Source: Candidatus Bathyarchaeota archaeon | GTDB taxonomy: Archaea; Thermoproteota; Bathyarchaeia; 40CM-2-53-6 | Direction of reading: 5' to 3' | Length of the DNA stretch: 64,000 nucleotides | NCBI GenBank assembly: GCA_963833125.1 | Contig: CAWHWX010000019.1 | Span: forward strand, 160,001 to 224,000 | Part shown: piece by piece, positions 51,983 to 62,329 of the stretch | Position numbering within the stretch: the first letter of the stretch is position 1 | How the letters are laid out: each line of letters begins with the position of its first letter | Notes under the pieces: model-generated | What the model saw: only the letters and a program-made list of their open reading frames with translations | Database searches by the model: none | What the model was told of the DNA's origin: nothing | Program-made: the position numbers and the translations under genes

Positions 51983-52225
51983 TTATTGGCTGGGCGTTGA
52001 TCCGCTTTGGGACTCGCTGGGTTGCGTCCATTCGGTGGTAGGTGTTGTTTCGGTTGTTGGTTGAGGTTCAGGCATGGGGGGAGGTGTAACTTCTGGTTCA
52101 GGCATTGGCGCTGGTGATACCCTAGGAGCGGGTTTAGTAGTTTTCTTTCTTGATTTCGTCTTTTTCTTGCCCGTTCGTTTCGCTTTCTTCTTAGCACCTT
52201 TCTTGGTTTTTCGTTTAGTGACCAA
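51983..52225 (-). CDS. Small disordered protein: Lys-rich N-half, Pro/Glu/Thr-rich C-half
   Basis: TTG start with GCGGTG upstream and a TTTATTA box; TKRKTKKGAKKKAKRTGKKKTKSRKK...PAPMPEPEVTPPPMPEPQ. Confidence 0.6.
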   Translation of the reverse strand: MVTKRKTKKGAKKKAKRTGKKKTKSRKKTTKPAPRVSPAPMPEPEVTPPPMPEPQPTTETTPTTEWTQPSESQSGSTPSQ

Positions 52226-52442
52226 ACAATCGCACCGCCCTAATGTCGAAGCCGAACCGGTAATAAAGCTTCCATGAAATTCAGTAGAAACCAACTATTC
52301 CAGTTGATCGAAAAACCGGGGTTGGGACTATGACGAGTGGAATGCCTCATGCGCCTCGGTCTGGATGCGACTACAATTGTACAAAAGATTTTGAACGGAC
52401 AAATGACTATCAACAGGGTAGCTATAGAGTATTCCGCCGAAA

Positions 52443-52627
52443 GGTCAAGTCAACTTGTTGGTTGCTGCTGCAAACTGCTTCGTTTGGGGGGATCGGGGCG
52501 TAAAATGGGGCGAGGGGTATCTTCGTTTGGCACCGTTTGGCACCACCCCTCGAGGGGTGGAGCCACCCTACCTAATTCCGTACAAAAACAAGAGGAATCT
52601 CTTAACAACCGTTAACTGGACGTTACC
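52443..52627 (-). mobile_element. MITE copy 2 (inverted relative to copy 1)
   Basis: Perfect 8-bp duplication CGCCGAAA at 52435-52442 and 52628-52635; ends GGTCAAGTCAACTT / AACTGGACGTTACC. Confidence 0.85.
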
Positions 52628-52695
52628 CGCCGAAACGTCCCTTGGTGGAAGGTTTATGCGCCGTTGAGATCTTTCCCGTGTTGAGATGTACCTTA

Positions 52696-53841
52696 TTGCG
52701 TTTTTCTACTAGATCAATCCACGCTGGGGACTGCCTTGAAGACGAGGTTGGCGCGGTTACGGTTCCGATCTATCAAGTGTCCACATTTCGTCAAAGGGAG
52801 CCTGGAGTCGAGGGCGAGTATGTGTATGCTAGAACCGGCAACCCAACACGCCATGCCCTGGAGCGTGCCCTGGCATCTCTTGAAGAGGGTGAACACGGGT
52901 TGGCTTTCGGTTCAGGAATGGCAGCGATTACTACCGTCGCCTTAAGCCTCCTCAAGGAGGGGGATCATGTCGTTGCGGTTCAGGACCTTTACGGTGGCAC
53001 ACGGCGTCTGTTTGACCGTATAATGAAAAACTTCGGGGTTCAATTCACGTACGTAAAAGGATCCGAACCTGACGATTTCAAGATGGCAGTTAGGCCGGAG
53101 ACCAAGATCGTGTGGGTAGAGACGCCCACAAACCCTTTACTGCAAATCATAGACCTCTCGATTGCTGCAAAATCGGCGCATGATCACAATGCCTTGCTTG
53201 TCGTCGACAACACGTTCATGAGTCCCTATCTTCAGCAGCCTCTCAAGCTTGGAGCAGATATTGTGCTTCACAGCACCACAAAGTATCTCGGCGGACACAG
53301 CGACCTAGTTGGCGGTGCAGTCGTACTATCAGATCCTTCACTTTACGAAAAGGTGCACTTTGCACAGAACGCCGCAGGCGCTGTTCCCGGGCCATTCGAT
53401 TGTTGGCTCGCGCTACGAGGCATCAAGACGCTTTCTGTGAGAATGGATCGGCACTGTGCCAACGCCCAGAAGATAGCCGAATTTCTTGAGTCACATACGA
53501 AAGTTCGAAGCGTCATCTATCCTGGCCTATTATCGCATCAGCAGCACGCTCTAGCGCAGAAACAGATGAGTGGGTTCGGTGGGATGATCAGTTTGCGATT
53601 GAAGGGAGATTTCGAGGCTTGCAAGAGGTTGCTGCGGCATGTGAAGGTTTTCACGGTCGCGGAAAGTTTAGGTGGAGTTGAATCGCTAATCGAACATCCC
53701 GCCTCAATGACTCACGCCTCAGTGCCGAAGGAAGAACGAGAAAGAATCGGAATAACCGACTCCCTAATCCGATTGTCGGTCGGGCTTGAAGATGTCGAAG
53801 ATCTGATAACTGACTTATCCGAAGGGCTAGAACATGTTTGA
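52696..53841 (+). CDS. Cystathionine gamma-lyase/synthase (PLP trans-sulfuration family)
   Basis: YARTGNPT, ETPTNP, DNTF, HSTTKYLGGHSD, AESLGGVESL. Confidence 0.93.
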   Translation: MRFSTRSIHAGDCLEDEVGAVTVPIYQVSTFRQREPGVEGEYVYARTGNPTRHALERALASLEEGEHGLAFGSGMAAITTVALSLLKEGDHVVAVQDLYGGTRRLFDRIMKNFGVQFTYVKGSEPDDFKMAVRPETKIVWVETPTNPLLQIIDLSIAAKSAHDHNALLVVDNTFMSPYLQQPLKLGADIVLHSTTKYLGGHSDLVGGAVVLSDPSLYEKVHFAQNAAGAVPGPFDCWLALRGIKTLSVRMDRHCANAQKIAEFLESHTKVRSVIYPGLLSHQQHALAQKQMSGFGGMISLRLKGDFEACKRLLRHVKVFTVAESLGGVESLIEHPASMTHASVPKEERERIGITDSLIRLSVGLEDVEDLITDLSEGLEHV

Positions 53842-53846
53842 AGTGA

Positions 53847-54197
53847 TTGATCATGACTGTTGAGCCCACTCCCGAAATCAGCTTCGATGAATTCAAGAAA
53901 ATCGACGCAAGGGTCGGTACAGTAACCCAAGTAGACCGAGTCCCTAGAACTGAGAAGCTCTACCGGATACTTGTGGATTTAGGGCCTTTAGGAATTCGAC
54001 AGACGTTGTCAAGCCTCGTCGGATACTATGAACCTAATGAGCTGGTTGGGCGGCGTGTAGTCTTCCTTTACAACCTCAAACCGACAAGATTTTCTGGGGA
54101 AGTTTCCCAGGGCATGTTACTCGCTGCGGAGCACGAATCCAAACTCGCTCTCCTCACAACCGACCGGGAGATTACCAACGGCGCACGAATTACGTGA
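53847..54197 (+). CDS. Stand-alone tRNA-binding OB protein (Trbp111/CsaA/MetRS C-terminal-like)
   Basis: ISFDEFKKID.RVG, NLKP..F.G..SQGMLLA. Confidence 0.88.
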   Translation: MIMTVEPTPEISFDEFKKIDARVGTVTQVDRVPRTEKLYRILVDLGPLGIRQTLSSLVGYYEPNELVGRRVVFLYNLKPTRFSGEVSQGMLLAAEHESKLALLTTDREITNGARIT

Positions 54198-54327
54198 CTA
54201 AGTTCCCGAAAATCGAACTGGCCGGGTTGATGAGCCAGTTTTGGGAATGATGTTCAACCTTTAAATGGAATGACGCCCAATTTCACAGAATTCTGAATAG
54301 TTAGGTTGAACTCTGGAAGGTTTTTGA

Positions 54328-54708
54328 TTGCCGAGGAAAGGACCCACCGAACAAGACGTTCTACGAATAGTCATGGAACTCGGCGACATGGGTATTCTCC
54401 AATCCGACCTCTGGAGAAAACTGACAGCCGACAGCCGCGAAGGGTCACGGGCAATCTTGCGACTTGAAAAGAAGGGGCTTATCGCACGAAAGAAGGAACT
54501 CCATGATGGCCGTTGGACTTACAGGGTTTTCGCGAAAAGGCGTTACTCTACCATCGATTCCATAGTTGACATTCCCTGTGCTTTTTGCGACTTGGTTGGA
54601 AATTGTCCTCAGGCGTGGATCATGAACCCGAACAAGTGCGAGAACCTCACCAAGTGGATGCAGGGCCTCGCGGAATCTGCCAAAGCGGTAGCCAAAAGTG
54701 CCGAGTGA
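54328..54708 (+). CDS. TFE-beta (RPC34-like wHTH + FeS domain)
   Basis: GILQSDLW wHTH, then PCxxCx5C...P..C..L..W. Confidence 0.8.
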   Translation: MPRKGPTEQDVLRIVMELGDMGILQSDLWRKLTADSREGSRAILRLEKKGLIARKKELHDGRWTYRVFAKRRYSTIDSIVDIPCAFCDLVGNCPQAWIMNPNKCENLTKWMQGLAESAKAVAKSAE

Positions 54709-55318
54709 ATGGTTACGTCAACGTAAGAGGGACCAATTTCATCGCCTCGCGAGGGCAAGAGGGTTCCGTAGCAGAGCTTCATTCAAGCTACTGCAGATAA
54801 ACAAACGATACAACTTCATCAAACCAGGGCAGTATGTTCTAGACTTTGGGGCCGCACCAGGTGGATGGTTACAGGCGGCTCGGCAGGAAGTGGGAAACTC
54901 GGGATTCGTCTTCGGAGTCGACATACAACCCATCACCGCCTTGCCATTTACGAATGTTCGGACTATGATCGGCGACATAACCAAGCCTGAGATCATCGAT
55001 GAAATCAGGAAAGACGCCGGTCCAAGCTTTGACGTGGTCCTGTCTGATCTAGCTCCAAATGTTTCGGGGGTTTGGGATATAGATCACGCAAGGCAAATTG
55101 AATTGGCAAGATGTGCGGTAAGGGTTGGGGGAATGCTGTTGCAAGTTTCGGGCAGTATGCTGGTCAAAGTGTTTCAGGGGTCGGAGGTGGTGGAGTTCCG
55201 AGATCACATGCGGTCTCTGTTCGATGAGTTTAGGATTGTAAAACCTCAAGCTAGTCGCGCGGAGAGTGCGGAGCTATACTTTCTAGGACTTGGATTCGTC
55301 GGTGAGAGTGCGAAATAG
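54698..55318 (+). CDS. rlmE: 23S rRNA 2'-O-methyltransferase RlmE/FtsJ
   Basis: RSRASFKL, DFGAAPGGW, SDLAP, KVFQG, KP.ASR.ES.E.Y. Confidence 0.93.
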   Translation: MPSEWLRQRKRDQFHRLARARGFRSRASFKLLQINKRYNFIKPGQYVLDFGAAPGGWLQAARQEVGNSGFVFGVDIQPITALPFTNVRTMIGDITKPEIIDEIRKDAGPSFDVVLSDLAPNVSGVWDIDHARQIELARCAVRVGGMLLQVSGSMLVKVFQGSEVVEFRDHMRSLFDEFRIVKPQASRAESAELYFLGLGFVGESAK

Positions 55319-56473
55319 GGAAGCTATTTGTGGGGCTGGGGCATCGGTGCGAAAACCGGTGGGATTGAAGTGAGTTCTTGACGCCTTGTACCCGACCTGC
55401 CTGAGTGAGGAGAGGAGGGTGGAGATTGGAGGAGGTTTCGTGCGAAAAGCGGCGGCTGCAGTGTCTGTAGTGTAGTAGAATGGTGCCGCGGTCAAGTTCA
55501 CCTTCTATGCTGGTGAGCGTTTTCTGGATTTCTGAAAGGCGCGTAGAAAGGAGGAGGGGTGTGTGTTGAATCATTCTGTCAACCGTCTCTCGGTCCCAAA
55601 GTGGGCCGAGCCAGAATGGGCCACCAGTTGAGGTCTGGGATCCGCAGTTCCGGCATTCTCCATCAATTGAAGAGAGGAATGAGGTAGTGGTTCGGGTTAG
55701 ACAGGTGGAGCAGTGAGTTACAAAGCCTAGGTTAAGTAGGGATGCGTTAGCCGCTTTTCTCCCCTTAGTGACGGTAGCGTAGAACCTTGCGTAGTGGTCG
55801 GTAGCGTGTGAGAATGCGAGGTTAATGCCAAGTTCCAGTTTGACCGCGGTGGTCGTGAGAGCGCTAGCCAGAGTCCTGAGAGCGATTTCCTTTCTCAAAC
55901 TCTACCCTGATCGAGTCGACGCTGTATTTGCGTTTGCAGGCACGAGGTCGAGCTCCTGATAGAGGGCCCATGTCGGTTGCTGTGGCTGCCAAAACTCCAC
56001 CGCTTTCGGTAGCTCGTAGAGCCGATTCGAAGAATGGGGACGGAGAACCGAAGGGGTCCAAGTCGATGAGGTCGAACCTCTCACGTGGATTCTTTGCTAA
56101 CAGCGTGAATGCGTCGGCTTCGATGACGGATACCTTGCTTTCCACATTGTTCAAGAGAACAGTTTCCCGAGCTAGTTCCGCCGCTTCCGGTTGCCTGTCA
56201 GAAGCGAGGACGATCGCAACGTTGGATGTTTCCAATGTGTAACGTACGGCCCTAACGCCGGAACCGGCCATGGGATCGCATAGGTGAAGCAATCTATCAT
56301 GGGGGAAGTGTGAGATAGCAAATAGAATAGCGAAGTCGCAGGCCTAGGCTCATCTTGGGATTGTAGAATACATTGCTGGAACGGGAAGTGAATTGTACCC
56401 TCGCTTTTCCTTCAGTTACCACCTTAGGATGGTAGATGGGTGAGGGCGCAGGGGTTCTACCCGTTAGAGACAA
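55283..56473 (-). CDS. trm1: tRNA G26 dimethyltransferase Trm1 (about three frameshifts)
   Basis: VFYNP.M, GSGVRAVRY, DLDPFGSP, TATD, GPFWLGPL, SRTHF...GFRTDA across four ORFs. Confidence 0.88.
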
Positions 56474-56996
56474 TTCTCTTCGCAATTTCCGTTGGCATCC
56501 TATCCCTGTTTTCAAGTGTGATTTCTAGGATTATGCATTTTGAATTCGACCTTATGGATGAGATAAGCGGGTGTGAGGCCCGTTTATGAATGGTCCCGAG
56601 AAAATGTTTCTGTGAGGCCAAGCCCTTCTCAACGATTTCAACGAATGGGGTGCTGAAGAGTTCCATCGGGCCAAGCTCGTCAACGACGACGACCTGCGCA
56701 TCCCTCACCGCCCTCTCAATGGCGCGTACCCCAATGCGGTCAATATCGTTGAGATTTACCCGATATTTGCCAACTCGTGGCCCTTCTTGCAGACCAACGT
56801 GTGCGAGAGTTCCGCTTTCATGCGTTACCAGGTCCTCAAGACTGAAACCCACTCGTATTCCGCCTTCACGAATCTCCCCAGATAACACGCCGCCGACCAA
56901 CATGTCCCGCTGGGATAGCAACTCCGCCGTCTTCCTCACCGCGGTTGTTTTTCCAGATCCAGGTTCACCAGTGAGAAACAGACGTTGAGGGCCCAT
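56457..56996 (-). CDS. NTPase (THEP1/NTPase_1 family)
   Basis: TGEPGSGKTT, VGKY.V, DELGPME. Confidence 0.9.
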   Translation of the reverse strand: MGPQRLFLTGEPGSGKTTAVRKTAELLSQRDMLVGGVLSGEIREGGIRVGFSLEDLVTHESGTLAHVGLQEGPRVGKYRVNLNDIDRIGVRAIERAVRDAQVVVVDELGPMELFSTPFVEIVEKGLASQKHFLGTIHKRASHPLISSIRSNSKCIILEITLENRDRMPTEIAKRIVSNG

Positions 56997-57064
56997 GTTA
57001 GTAGCGCAGGTGTCGCAACTATTAACTTCTGGACTACATGCTTACTGCCAGAGCCCATCCACCC

Positions 57065-57739
57065 TTGGCCAAACTCATAGCGGGCGTTGACGATGCCGGG
57101 CGAGGCCCAATCATAGGCCCACTTGTTATCGCTGGCGTACTTATCCCGGATGGTGCTCAACAAGAACTTAGGGCGATGGGGGTTAGGGATTCGAAGTTAC
57201 TTACCCCAGAAGCGCGCGTTAGGTTGGATGTAAAGATCCGGTCCGTCGCGACCAAAGTCGCCTTTGTCGAAGCGCAACCGAAAGAGATCGATGACTTCGT
57301 CTTGCATGGTGGACGACTTAGAAGGCTGAACTATCTGGAAGCAAGAATGATGGCTCAAGTGATCGGCCAATTATCGCCTGAGGAAGCTTACGTAGATGCA
57401 TCCGATGTAAATGAAGCGAGATATGCGGAGAGCATTCGTGAATTTCTACCGGACCCATCGAAGGGAATGAAAATCTTTTCTGAACACCATGCTGACAGAA
57501 CGTACCCAGTGGTCTCAGCATCGAGTATCATAGCCAAGGTGAGGAGAGATGCCGCAGTCGAAAGTCTTCGTCGTGACTACGGAGACTTTGGTTCCGGGTA
57601 TATGACAGACCCCAAAACGATGTCCTTTCTTCGGGACTGGCGTCGCAACCATACCGAGTATCCGCCAATCGTTCGTTTGTCATGGAAGACGATAAAAGAA
57701 ATTGAGTCTGAAATTGGTCAGACTCGGTTCGGAACGTAG
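57065..57739 (+). CDS. rnhB: Ribonuclease HII
   Basis: GVDDAGRGP, DSK.L, VSASSIIAKV.RD, GSGY..DP. Confidence 0.93.
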   Translation: MAKLIAGVDDAGRGPIIGPLVIAGVLIPDGAQQELRAMGVRDSKLLTPEARVRLDVKIRSVATKVAFVEAQPKEIDDFVLHGGRLRRLNYLEARMMAQVIGQLSPEEAYVDASDVNEARYAESIREFLPDPSKGMKIFSEHHADRTYPVVSASSIIAKVRRDAAVESLRRDYGDFGSGYMTDPKTMSFLRDWRRNHTEYPPIVRLSWKTIKEIESEIGQTRFGT

Positions 57740-58212
57740 TCGGACAGTTCCTTAGGTATCCCGAATCCGATGACTACCAGACTGTGGAACCTTCGAATCA
57801 GCTCGCTCACGTCAGGCCTGTAAAGGAAGAGGGGATCATGATCGGAATACATTGAATGATAGCCAGCGTTCGTTCTTCCCAAGATTTTCTTCACTGTGAA
57901 TTCTTCAACTCTATCGCCTGAGATCGTGTACACAGACCTCCCTAACTCCATTCTTCGCAAAACGATGAAAGGTAGTTTCAGATTCCCATGGTATCCCAAT
58001 GGAACGATCTTGGCTAATTCTTCGATCTCCGATTTCTTCAAGAGAATCGTAGAGCCGTCAACTGTAGGAATCGTCGGGTTCTCTTCGGCGAGTAGTTCCT
58101 TCAGAGTTCGTCTCTGCTTCGGTAGATGTGTGTTGAGTTTTCTGAGTTCGCGGCTCAGCAGGGCGTCGAATGTTCTCTCTAACGTGCTCTTTGAAGTGAA
58201 CATGTAACTCAC
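57718..58212 (-). CDS. DUF61-family protein
   Basis: LNTHLP..R.TL.ELL, LKLP; position directly after fibrillarin. Confidence 0.75.
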   Translation of the reverse strand: MSYMFTSKSTLERTFDALLSRELRKLNTHLPKQRRTLKELLAEENPTIPTVDGSTILLKKSEIEELAKIVPLGYHGNLKLPFIVLRRMELGRSVYTISGDRVEEFTVKKILGRTNAGYHSMYSDHDPLFLYRPDVSELIRRFHSLVVIGFGIPKELSDYVPNRV

Positions 58213-58904
58213 TCGTGAGTCAAGTAGACTAGAGCGTGGTCTTGCTCGTAGGGCTCAAGTCTGACTGTTTGAATCATTTTGAAGCGTCTCTGACGAAGCA
58301 TTGCTATCTCCTGTTTGAAAACGTCGCTTGGTTCCATCGTCACATCGACGCTCCTCGACTTAATTACTATAAGGGCCGCCCCTTGCGGTTTCAGGAAAAG
58401 TTCTGCGTTGTCTGCTAGAATTCTGGCTTGCTCGGGTTGAGCAACGTCGGAGTAGATCACGTCGACCTGCCCTACGATGGACCTATACTTTTCGGGTAGG
58501 CGAGCATCGGCAAGGACTGGGTATACATTGGCGCGTTGTTCGCAGAGAGTGTCGATTAGCTCACGCATGCTTCGTTGAGCAAATTCCACACAGTAGACTC
58601 GTCCAGCGTCTTCGACAATATCGCTAATATGGCTGGCTGTAGTCCCAGACGCGGATCCTAAGTAAAGCACATTCGTGCCAGACCGAATGGGTAGGGTGTC
58701 TAGGTGGCGTAGTATCGCTGCTGACAGTTTACTCCTATAAGCGTCCCAGGTCCGATATTCTGACTCGCCGTCGCTGACCAGTCTCTCTCCATATACGCTG
58801 AATGTCGGAGCTAGATTCTTTGTTGCCAAACGCCTGCTATGATCTTCGAGGGAGACCCAGTAGACGCCCTCAAACTTCTCATGGGGCTTAACGTCTGCGT
58901 GCAT
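58209..58904 (-). CDS. flpA: Fibrillarin-like rRNA/tRNA 2'-O-methyltransferase
   Basis: VYGE, RSKL.AA, VLYLGSASGTT.SH, DVAQPEQ. Confidence 0.95.
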   Translation of the reverse strand: MHADVKPHEKFEGVYWVSLEDHSRRLATKNLAPTFSVYGERLVSDGESEYRTWDAYRSKLSAAILRHLDTLPIRSGTNVLYLGSASGTTASHISDIVEDAGRVYCVEFAQRSMRELIDTLCEQRANVYPVLADARLPEKYRSIVGQVDVIYSDVAQPEQARILADNAELFLKPQGAALIVIKSRSVDVTMEPSDVFKQEIAMLRQRRFKMIQTVRLEPYEQDHALVYLTHE

Positions 58905-60112
58905 ATTCTTTCTTCTTCGTGGGCGGTGGAGGAGGGGTCTTATACCTCTCTTTTATCTCGTCAACCTTCTTACTGACACTATCCCTAAGTTTCTCCCCGA
59001 CAAAGTCTCCCCCGAAAGCGTCAACCCTCGATGCTATACTGAGTTTTCCTGACAACGCCCTCGCAATCTTTCCCCTCTGCCATCGGGGCGATTGGTGGAT
59101 GGCAGTGTTTTGGAATATCACGCCATGTTTCGGAGGCCAGCGCTCCGGTCTTCAGTGAACGGAAGAGAGCCTTCTCCGCGCCGAGAACCTGCAGGGTGCT
59201 CGCAGGCATTTTCGCTAGATTCTCGAGACTTCCCGCATTGAGATCAGTCTCGCTGAAAGCGAGGCTCCCACAATGGCTGTCATGTTTGGAGCGATTTGTT
59301 TGAGAGAGTCCTCAACGAAGCTTTCGCTTTTCTCCCTGAACTTGTATAAGTCCAACATGAGCCCACAAAAGGCTTGCAGGACTTTCAAATCTGACTCGTC
59401 TATGTTCCCACCCATCGACCTCGACGCTGCCTTCGCCAGTTCCTCGGCTTTCTCCGATGGCACACCCTCGCCCACTAGGGCTTCGGATGTGAAGTTGCGC
59501 CTATTTCCTAGCTTAGCCACAAGCCGAGCGTACATGTCATGTTTCTCAACGAGCCTGTCCATTTCCGGAAAATGAAGCCCATACCATTCACGAACTCGGC
59601 CGGCAAGAAGGTTCAGCACCTTGTCCAAGTCGTCCATCGCGCGGACGGCCTGCACCGCGCTCAAATCGCGCTTTGCAGCTGCGCTAGCGATTCCCAATCT
59701 TGCTAGCTCCAGGGTTACCTTTCGTGCGAAATCATTGTAGGCACGTGGAGTCTTGAGTGAGGGTGTGGCGAGGGTTTGCTCGTTCAACCACTTGTCGCGA
59801 TCTTTCTCTTCTGAGGCAAGCCGGTTGCGGAATCTTTCTGCGAGGGGGAATGCCCTTAGCTGAGGTTGTGATTCCTCCTTCCGTTTGGGCCGTGCGCGCC
59901 AGTCTTTCACTTTCGAATACGATCGGGGAGTACTTCCCAGAGGTCCGTTTCAGCACTTCCAGAATCGGTGCGCTAATCTTGCCGTCTTGAATATTCTTGA
60001 GCTCTAATGCGGCGTTTTTCGGATCAGTTGAGAACAGTGACTTTTCGAGGATGTCTCCTTTCTCATCTAGAATAAAGATGCCAACTGGCGTTTCGATGAA
60101 ATATGCTTCCAA
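58888..60112 (-). CDS. nop5: Nop5 (Nop56/58) C/D RNP protein (about three frameshifts)
   Basis: [44 protein letters not shown]. Confidence 0.9.
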
Positions 60113-60361
60113 GTCGCGGTTCTCCGATTCAATCCGGTGCTTCAGTGAAGGGTAGTTGTTCGCGGCTTGAATAAAGCTTTGGCAACGTTCTGGTATCGCT
60201 ATTGGCCAAAGTCTCGTTGATTGACTACGCGGCCCTAAATGTCAAACCAAGATTTAGCCGACGATTGAGTTGGTGGGGCAGAGAGTCCCATGGTCGCTGA
60301 GGCGTGAATGCGCTACTAGAATTGAGTTCGGAAAAAACGAAGGGCTAGAGGATATGTGTGA

Positions 60362-60541
60362 TTACTTTTTCTTCTTCGTTTGCTTGGTCCAGGTTGAAAG
60401 GACTTTGCTGATCTCTTCCGGCCATTGGATCTCTCCTCCGCACTTGTCGCAGTACTTGTTGTTGAGGAATACTTCGCGCTTGCAATTCTCGCAGAAGAAC
60501 CGTTTCTGTTTCTGTAGTTGAAGATTCTCAGTTACAGTCAT
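60362..60541 (-). CDS. Small Zn-ribbon protein (59 aa, absent from the ORF track)
   Basis: MTVTENLQLQKQKRFFCENCKREVFLNNKYCDKCGGEIQWPEEISKVLSTWTKQTKKKK*. Confidence 0.75.
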   Translation of the reverse strand: MTVTENLQLQKQKRFFCENCKREVFLNNKYCDKCGGEIQWPEEISKVLSTWTKQTKKKK

Positions 60542-60730
60542 ACTCTTTGCCCCGAATCGTTTGGCCTAACTAAGAGAAGGGAATATGTTGATTTACGCTG
60601 TCTCGGAATCAATATCGACCCTCGTCAACGGCGTCTTTTCACAACAATACAGCAAAAGCCGTGCAGTGAGAATTGCCAACTCTCTACGGTTTGGATGATT
60701 ATGCGCGTCTCATTGCGGGACTGGATGCAG

Positions 60731-62329
60731 TTAAGAGGTAACGTTAACTTGGGTCGAGTTATAACCCGCCGCGCCATTCGGGAATGGTTGCGAATTACTC
60801 GAGTCTTGGACTTGTCCAGTTCCGTCGGTTGCCCTCACGATTATGGTTTGGTTTCCATTCGTCGTTGGTGTCCAATTATACGCCCATAAGACCCAAGAGT
60901 AAGGTGACTTCGGAGTTTTCAGTTCGGCCACGTTCCAGGTAGATCCGCCATCAGTGCTAACTTCAACTTTGCTGATGCCCCTGTCCCCAGCGAAGGCCAC
61001 TCCTGCGATTGGTAGTGAGCCACTAACCTGGGCGCCGGATTGTGGGTAATAGATGATTGACGTCGTGTGTATTTGGGCATCATTTGTCCACCCCCGTTCT
61101 TGCCAGTATCCGAGGTAGACGCTGTCCGACACCTCGATCCCAGTAATCCACTTCGCATTCATCATCCCATAGAGCCCAGGTATGATGGCTCGCAACGGAG
61201 AACCATGTTCCGCGGGAAGCAGCGCGTCATTCATTTTGTATGCTAGCAAGGCGCCGGGCTCAAGAGCCCTTTCCAAAGGTATGCCAACCGAATATCCCTC
61301 GGCACAATGGAAGATAACGGAGACAGCGTCGGAGTTGAGCCCCGCTTGGTTCAGAATCGTTGCGAGAGGAACCCCACTCCATTTCCCGTTGCTGATTAGC
61401 GCGCCAGGTGGATCGACAGTATTACTTACGCACTCTAGAGTCGCGTACTCATCTGAAGTTGTCATAACTTGAAGGTCACTCATTGTGATTGTGAGCGGTT
61501 TGTTCACTTTTCCAGTGACGTTCAGCGTCCATTGGTTGAAATCAAGCTGTGGTGGGAAGGGATCAATATCCACTCGGTAGAAAATTCGGGTATCGGTTAC
61601 TTCTGACGCAATTAAATTAGCGATGCGCGGGTCACTAAAGATATCGGGTGCCCCGGTCAGACTAACCGAACTCGTTTCGGTGTTGACTGGGATTGGAGTA
61701 TTACTTTGGATTACGGGTTGACCAGAAAACAGTGACAGCCCCACTCTAGAGGCGAAATATACAACCGTTATCGCTAACACGCCCAAACCAACTCGCTTCA
61801 AAAGTTTGCGTCTCTCCGGGGCCAAGGTTATTGTTGGCTGAGTCACTATGGGGTGACCGATTTGCACGCTCGAAACTACGTACGCCGAGAACCCAAGATT
61901 AATTGCAACTGCGAGGGCCGCGACGAGGCCCCAGCCCGATATTGATGAGAGCACCGATACGCTCGAAGCGAATTCGGCTTCGAGTCCCAAGCTCAGAACT
62001 GTCGTGATGATCGTCCCGATGCCGATCAGCCCCCATTTGGTGGCTCTGCGCCTTGAGAGAAGGCCGATCAGGATTCCGATTGCACCGTAAATGATTACGA
62101 AGATGACCGAGGCGAATGTCAGGGCGCCGTATTTCGCGTATTGGCGGAAATTGTCGACCACAACTGATTGAACTGACCCTTGCACGGGATTGATTAATCC
62201 TTGGAAAATAGCTTCAGGCGGATATGGTAACCCAAGTAGTTCAGTGCCAACATAGAATACCAGGGTTGCAATTGCGCCGGCGAGTATGCCTATCAGAAAA
62301 CATCGTTTGTAAGAGTGTACAGAATTCAA
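60731..62329 (-). CDS. Membrane-anchored sulfite-oxidase-family molybdoenzyme
   Basis: N-terminal TMs, RR-type motif, FYRVD, LECVSN, EHGSPLR...PGLYG...KW, Ig-like dimerisation domain. Confidence 0.88.
   Translation of the reverse strand: MNSVHSYKRCFLIGILAGAIATLVFYVGTELLGLPYPPEAIFQGLINPVQGSVQSVVVDNFRQYAKYGALTFASVIFVIIYGAIGILIGLLSRRRATKWGLIGIGTIITTVLSLGLEAEFASSVSVLSSISGWGLVAALAVAINLGFSAYVVSSVQIGHPIVTQPTITLAPERRKLLKRVGLGVLAITVVYFASRVGLSLFSGQPVIQSNTPIPVNTETSSVSLTGAPDIFSDPRIANLIASEVTDTRIFYRVDIDPFPPQLDFNQWTLNVTGKVNKPLTITMSDLQVMTTSDEYATLECVSNTVDPPGALISNGKWSGVPLATILNQAGLNSDAVSVIFHCAEGYSVGIPLERALEPGALLAYKMNDALLPAEHGSPLRAIIPGLYGMMNAKWITGIEVSDSVYLGYWQERGWTNDAQIHTTSIIYYPQSGAQVSGSLPIAGVAFAGDRGISKVEVSTDGGSTWNVAELKTPKSPYSWVLWAYNWTPTTNGNQTIIVRATDGTGQVQDSSNSQPFPNGAAGYNSTQVNVTS

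Noticed and set aside
317-61472. Many long antisense or alternate-frame ORFs (e.g. 785-1279, 5900-6451, 31841-32320)
   Set aside because: Shadows of well-supported genes with no motifs
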